Source: Patescibacteria group bacterium (GTDB lineage Bacteria > Patescibacteriota > Microgenomatia > UBA10105 > UBA927). From it: a DNA stretch of 64,000 bases. Positions 60,029 to 64,000 of this stretch are shown here, one piece after another. Made by a program: the position numbers and the translations under genes. Location: contig DATKGN010000002.1 in assembly GCA_035510735.1 (NCBI GenBank), forward strand, positions 125,118 to 189,117. The letters are read 5' to 3'. A model generated the notes under the pieces. That model saw only the letters and a list, made by a program, of their open reading frames with translations. It did no database searches and was not told the DNA's origin. Position 1 is the stretch's first letter. Each line of letters starts with the position of its first letter.

Positions 60029-60487
60029 ATGATTGATTTTAATGCGGTTTATAATGTCTTCATCGATTCACTGTCATTTAATGATATTCCTCAACAGTTT
60101 AAAACTGAATTGATCTTATCTATTCCGACAGGACAGGACCGGATCGCGGCAGGAGCGGCTCAAATGGTTGAATCATGGCGAAACGATTGGGCGAAAGACT
60201 ATAAGAACATTGAAAAATCCAATCTTATCGACGACGTAGCAGATAAACGGGTGCGCATTGAACAAAAGGAAACAGAAGCTCCCGAAGAAATCCATATTCA
60301 GAGGCTACTTGAAGATATTATCCCCGGTTTCAAGGATGGAACATACCAACAGGCTCTTGATGAGCGCGATATGTATGTTGTAACCCAAATGGCTGATTTC
60401 CTAGGCCGCATCGGCAAACCTGTTCCGCACGCCGTAACGACTTTCTTCAATGAACGGCTCTCGGTCCCCCCGACAAAACATACATAA
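60029..60487 (+). CDS. hypothetical protein (152 aa)
   Basis: ORF only; it is the only plus-strand gene in a minus-strand block. Confidence 0.4.
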   Translation: MIDFNAVYNVFIDSLSFNDIPQQFKTELILSIPTGQDRIAAGAAQMVESWRNDWAKDYKNIEKSNLIDDVADKRVRIEQKETEAPEEIHIQRLLEDIIPGFKDGTYQQALDERDMYVVTQMADFLGRIGKPVPHAVTTFFNERLSVPPTKHT

Positions 60488-60497
60488 ACCTCCGATG

Positions 60498-61820
60498 TTA
60501 CGGAACGGGAAATTTTCTGGCAAACAGTTTCACCTCGCGCCCTATTCGCAACAAATTTTTATTCTTCCATAATTCAACCTTCACTTGCTTTACGAACGCG
60601 CTTCGTTCTTCCTTGGCCTCCGGCAACCGGTAATGAGAAACTTCACAGACAACCTCATAAATCCACGCACTAATCGTTTTCATATCTTCCTCTTTCATGC
60701 CCCGCGTCGTCAAAATCGGCGTCCCCAAGCGGACTCCTGACGGATACATCGGCGGGTTCGTATCGTGCGGCACCGTGTTGTAATTAGCCACAATATTGGC
60801 CACCTCCAACGCTTCCGCAACGATGTTGCCTATGACCTTCTCCTTGCGTAAATCTATAACGATCAAATGACTATCCGTGCCGCCGGTCGTTAACGTCAGG
60901 CCTTTGGCCGTTAGCCCCGCGGCTAAAGCTTTGGCATTTTTCACGATCTGGTGGCCGTATTTTTTAAACGCAGGGGTTGCCGCTTCTTTCATGCAGACGG
61001 CGATAGCTGCTGACACATTATCATGCGGCCCACCCTGAAGCCCCGGAAATATCGCACGATCAATCTTTTTCCCCATATCCGCGTCTTTCTGCAATCCCTG
61101 GTCGGTAACGAGAAGGACGGCTCCGCGGGGACCCCTCATCGTTTTGTGTGTCGTGAACATGACGACATCAACATACGCTACGGGCGTCGGATACGCGCCG
61201 ACTGCCACCATGCCGGCAACGTGAGAAATGTCAGCTAAAAGAAAAGCGCCCACGGAATCGGCAATGGCTTTCCATTTTGCCCATTCTAGAACCCTCGGAT
61301 ATGCAGTCGTTCCGATTGCCATCATCTTCGGTTTTTCTATTTTGGCAAGAGCTGCCACTTTATCCATATCAATCCAACCGTCCTGCTCAACATCAAACTG
61401 CGCGGAAGTAAAATATTTGCCTGAAAACGTGACATTTGGATGTCCGTGCGTCAGATGCCCCCCGCCGGAAAGCTTTAATCCCATGATTTTGTCACCGGGA
61501 GCAAGAAGCGCGAAGTACACGGCGGCATTCGCCGGTGATCCGGAATATGGTTGCACATTGGCGTGGGGCACACCAAACAGTTTCTTTGTACGCTCTACGG
61601 CAGTTAATTCAATTTCATCAACAAACCGGTTCCCCTGATAATACCGCTTATTGGCGTATCCTTCTGAATATTTATTGGTAAGAATACTTCCGAGTGCTTC
61701 ACGCACTGCGGCCGATGCATAATTTTCACTGGGGATCATTTCAAGCACATCTCGTTGTCTCTTATCCTCTAAGTCAATGAGTTTCGCAATTTGCGGATCT
61801 GTTTGTTTTAATGTCTTCAT
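60498..61820 (-). CDS. glyA: serine hydroxymethyltransferase
   Basis: PLP-Lys region TTHKTMRGPRGA, 440 aa. Confidence 0.95.
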   Translation of the reverse strand: MKTLKQTDPQIAKLIDLEDKRQRDVLEMIPSENYASAAVREALGSILTNKYSEGYANKRYYQGNRFVDEIELTAVERTKKLFGVPHANVQPYSGSPANAAVYFALLAPGDKIMGLKLSGGGHLTHGHPNVTFSGKYFTSAQFDVEQDGWIDMDKVAALAKIEKPKMMAIGTTAYPRVLEWAKWKAIADSVGAFLLADISHVAGMVAVGAYPTPVAYVDVVMFTTHKTMRGPRGAVLLVTDQGLQKDADMGKKIDRAIFPGLQGGPHDNVSAAIAVCMKEAATPAFKKYGHQIVKNAKALAAGLTAKGLTLTTGGTDSHLIVIDLRKEKVIGNIVAEALEVANIVANYNTVPHDTNPPMYPSGVRLGTPILTTRGMKEEDMKTISAWIYEVVCEVSHYRLPEAKEERSAFVKQVKVELWKNKNLLRIGREVKLFARKFPVP

Positions 61821-61950
61821 ATGTAGTCTCCTTTAATAAAATAACGTACGGGCAGAAATAATAAGCAAAACGAAGGTAATGAAGAAGATGTTAGATCATA
61901 CAATTACACTTATAATAGTGTATCTATTTTCCCTTTGCAAGAAAGAAATA

Positions 61951-63036
61951 TCAGAGGGTATAATTGGCGCCGGGATCACGTATCACAATGCTGTGCGGGT
62001 GACTTTCGATGAGACTGGCTGGCGTTATCCGGACAAACCGTGCTTTCGCTTGGAATTCCGCCATTGTCTTGGCGCCGACATAATAAAATGAAGAACGCAA
62101 AGACCCCGTCACCTGGTCAAAATAATCCGTAACGTTTCCTTTATATGGCACCAAGCCTTCGACACCCTCCGATATGAGTTTCTTCTGCTCTGTCTCTTTC
62201 GATTGCCCATACCGCTCGGCACTCCCCTTTTTCATGGCGCTCACTGATCCCATGCCTCGGTATTGCTTGTACTTTGCGCCATTAATTATGGTAACTTCAC
62301 CCGGAGATTCGTCATATCCTGCGAGCAAGCTCCCGAGCATGACGGCGGCGGCTCCTATCCCAAAGGCTTTGGCCATATCGCCGATTTGGCGTATTCCCCC
62401 GTCAGCAATAATGGTGACGCCAGTCCCCTTTGCCGCTTTCACGGCTTCGGCAATAGCGGTCAGCTGCGGCACACCCATACCAGTGATAATACGGGTTGTA
62501 CAGATGCTCCCCGGGCCCATTCCAACCCGCAGGATATCCGCGCCTGCATCAATTAACCGTTTGGCGCCGTCATATGTGGCAACATTACCGGCCATAACAA
62601 CTACATCCGAAAAACGTTTTTTAATCAACTGGACCGAATCGACAACAAACTTCGTATTTCCGTGACCGGAATCGACAACCAATACGTCAACCTTCGCGTT
62701 CACAAGAGCATCAACCCTGGCTTCCAAGTCGGTGCCCGCGCCAACTGCCGCTCCAACTTGGTAATTTTTCTGTTTTACACCGGAAACCTGCTTCGCTTGA
62801 TCATCGATTGATAAATTTCTGTGAATAATCCCAAGACCACCTGCTTGCGCCAGGACCACTGCCATGGTTTCCTCAGTAACCGTATCCATCGGAGAAGAAA
62901 TGATGGGGAGTTTTAATTGAAGCCGCTTATGGAGTTTCGTTGTCAGATCGACATCCGCACGTTTAAAATCCGTATAGCCCGGCAGAAGTAGTACGTCATC
63001 GAATGTAATTCCCTCTTTCGAAATTTTATCCTCCAT
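61951..63036 (-). CDS. IMP dehydrogenase/GMP reductase family protein (no CBS domains)
   Basis: 361 aa, catalytic Cys loop [14 protein letters not shown] barrel; could be GuaB (CBS-less) or GuaC. Confidence 0.85.
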   Translation of the reverse strand: MEDKISKEGITFDDVLLLPGYTDFKRADVDLTTKLHKRLQLKLPIISSPMDTVTEETMAVVLAQAGGLGIIHRNLSIDDQAKQVSGVKQKNYQVGAAVGAGTDLEARVDALVNAKVDVLVVDSGHGNTKFVVDSVQLIKKRFSDVVVMAGNVATYDGAKRLIDAGADILRVGMGPGSICTTRIITGMGVPQLTAIAEAVKAAKGTGVTIIADGGIRQIGDMAKAFGIGAAAVMLGSLLAGYDESPGEVTIINGAKYKQYRGMGSVSAMKKGSAERYGQSKETEQKKLISEGVEGLVPYKGNVTDYFDQVTGSLRSSFYYVGAKTMAEFQAKARFVRITPASLIESHPHSIVIRDPGANYTL

Positions 63037-63045
63037 ATTGCCTCC

Positions 63046-64000
63046 TTATCGCACAAATGTCGCCTCGAGTGCCGCCTTCGTACATGCCGTAATGTCAGAA
63101 ACGGTCATGATATGCTTATCCAGTAACAATTCAAATTCTTCCCTAACGCTTGTCCCCAACAACTCAGGCCCGTCAGAGTTGATGGTAAGCGGCACATGGT
63201 GCGTGAGAAGTGTTTGAATAACTGTTTTCATCTCTTCCCAGGTTTTGACGGCACTAGTCTGAAGATTCGAGAGCGGACAAACCTCAAGTGTAATCTTCTC
63301 ATCACGTAAATATTCCATTAATTTGGGATCATCAACACAGCGGATACCGTGGCCTATACGGTCCGGGGATAATGTTTTAATGACTTCCCACATCTCCGCG
63401 ACTCCCGTCACCTCACCAGTATGGATAGTAATTTTCACTCCCGCTTCACGGGCTATCTTTACGGCACCGACAATATCGCTCACACGAAACGAGGAGGTTA
63501 TCGGCCCTGCGATATCCAGCCCGACAACGCCTTCAGGAGCAAATTTCGCGGCTTTTCCGGCAATAATTTCGTTTTGTTCTTTGGTAAACCGCCGGTCCAT
63601 CATGAGAATGAGTCCCGCGCGGACGGGATATTCCATACACGCCCGTTTGATACCCACGACCGCACCGAAAATGATCTTATCAAGATCCTGCTGCCCGCTC
63701 CTGTTCCGGAGCATCGGATTAAACCGGATTTCCATCGTGCGCACATTCCCCTTCCGGTATGCACGACTCACAGCCTGATGGGCCGCCCGCTCAATTGCAT
63801 ATGTCGAAGACTGGATAAGTTCCGTAAGGTCAAAAAACTTGAGGTATTTGTCATACGTTATTTGTTCTTTGATGGTAATCGAATCGATGAAGGTAAAATA
63901 GTCTTTTTCCTTAAGCCGTATCCCCTGTTCGTGGGCAAGTTCCCAGAGAAAATGCGGCGTAGATGATGAACCCAAATGAAGGTGAAGATCGACAAGATTT
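63046..64000 (-). CDS. add: adenosine deaminase (partial, N-terminus beyond the window end)
   Basis: HTGE, GHGIRC, SDGPEL/DDP motifs; the HxHLDG N-terminal motif is missing, so the gene continues past 64000. Confidence 0.8.
   Translation of the reverse strand, partial: NLVDLHLHLGSSSTPHFLWELAHEQGIRLKEKDYFTFIDSITIKEQITYDKYLKFFDLTELIQSSTYAIERAAHQAVSRAYRKGNVRTMEIRFNPMLRNRSGQQDLDKIIFGAVVGIKRACMEYPVRAGLILMMDRRFTKEQNEIIAGKAAKFAPEGVVGLDIAGPITSSFRVSDIVGAVKIAREAGVKITIHTGEVTGVAEMWEVIKTLSPDRIGHGIRCVDDPKLMEYLRDEKITLEVCPLSNLQTSAVKTWEEMKTVIQTLLTHHVPLTINSDGPELLGTSVREEFELLLDKHIMTVSDITACTKAALEATFVR

Noticed and set aside
61879-62091. 70-aa plus-strand ORF spanning the glyA/IMPDH-family gene junction
   Set aside because: It overlaps the 3' end of the IMPDH-family gene on the opposite strand and has no motif; probably spurious

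Overview
The window is gene-dense (about 90% coding) with most genes on the minus strand. Its content resembles a small, streamlined bacterial genome of the Patescibacteria/CPR type; this is an inference from the features below, not a database hit. Supporting traits are an F-type ATP synthase operon (a-c-fused b/delta-alpha-gamma-beta-short epsilon), a very short EF-Ts, S2 with a K/E-rich tail, an archaeal-type ProRS, many small hypothetical proteins, and a heavy emphasis on nucleoside/SAM salvage rather than de novo synthesis. Recognisable modules are:
- An envelope cluster (1668-7068): a large polytopic membrane protein, a SAM-dependent methyltransferase and an LtaS-like sulfatase.
- A bacterial-type myo-inositol-1-phosphate synthase.
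- A folate module: thyA, folA and a 5-formyl-THF cyclo-ligase.
- The ATP synthase operon.
- A secreted Cys-rich protein with an adjacent DsbB, followed by a beta-helix membrane protein and a PCP-motif P-type ATPase.
- CysRS carrying an unusual ~290 aa C-terminal extension, and ProRS.
- A SAM/adenosine salvage set: SAM hydroxide adenosyltransferase, AhcY, a PfkB kinase, Prs, an IMPDH/GMPR-family enzyme and adenosine deaminase.
- A dnaX-ybaB region, ybeY-yqeY-rpsU, and an rseP-frr-X-tsf-rpsB cluster in which pyrH is replaced by an unknown 329 aa protein.
Non-coding elements read directly from the sequence:
- An RNase P RNA (type A-like) in the 500 bp ORF-free gap at 22360-22870.
- A probable T-box leader upstream of proS (T-box motif, antiterminator/terminator, sigma70-like promoter).
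- A family of about 85-100 bp nested palindromic intergenic repeats (TGTCATTGCGAG...CTCGCAATGACA) with three copies, plus a related palindrome at the rpsB start.
- Several other hairpins and operator-like palindromes.
No CRISPR array, transposase or integrase was seen. Several start codons were moved inward from the six-frame ORF track where the N-terminal extensions looked non-coding. All coordinates are approximate to a few nucleotides.
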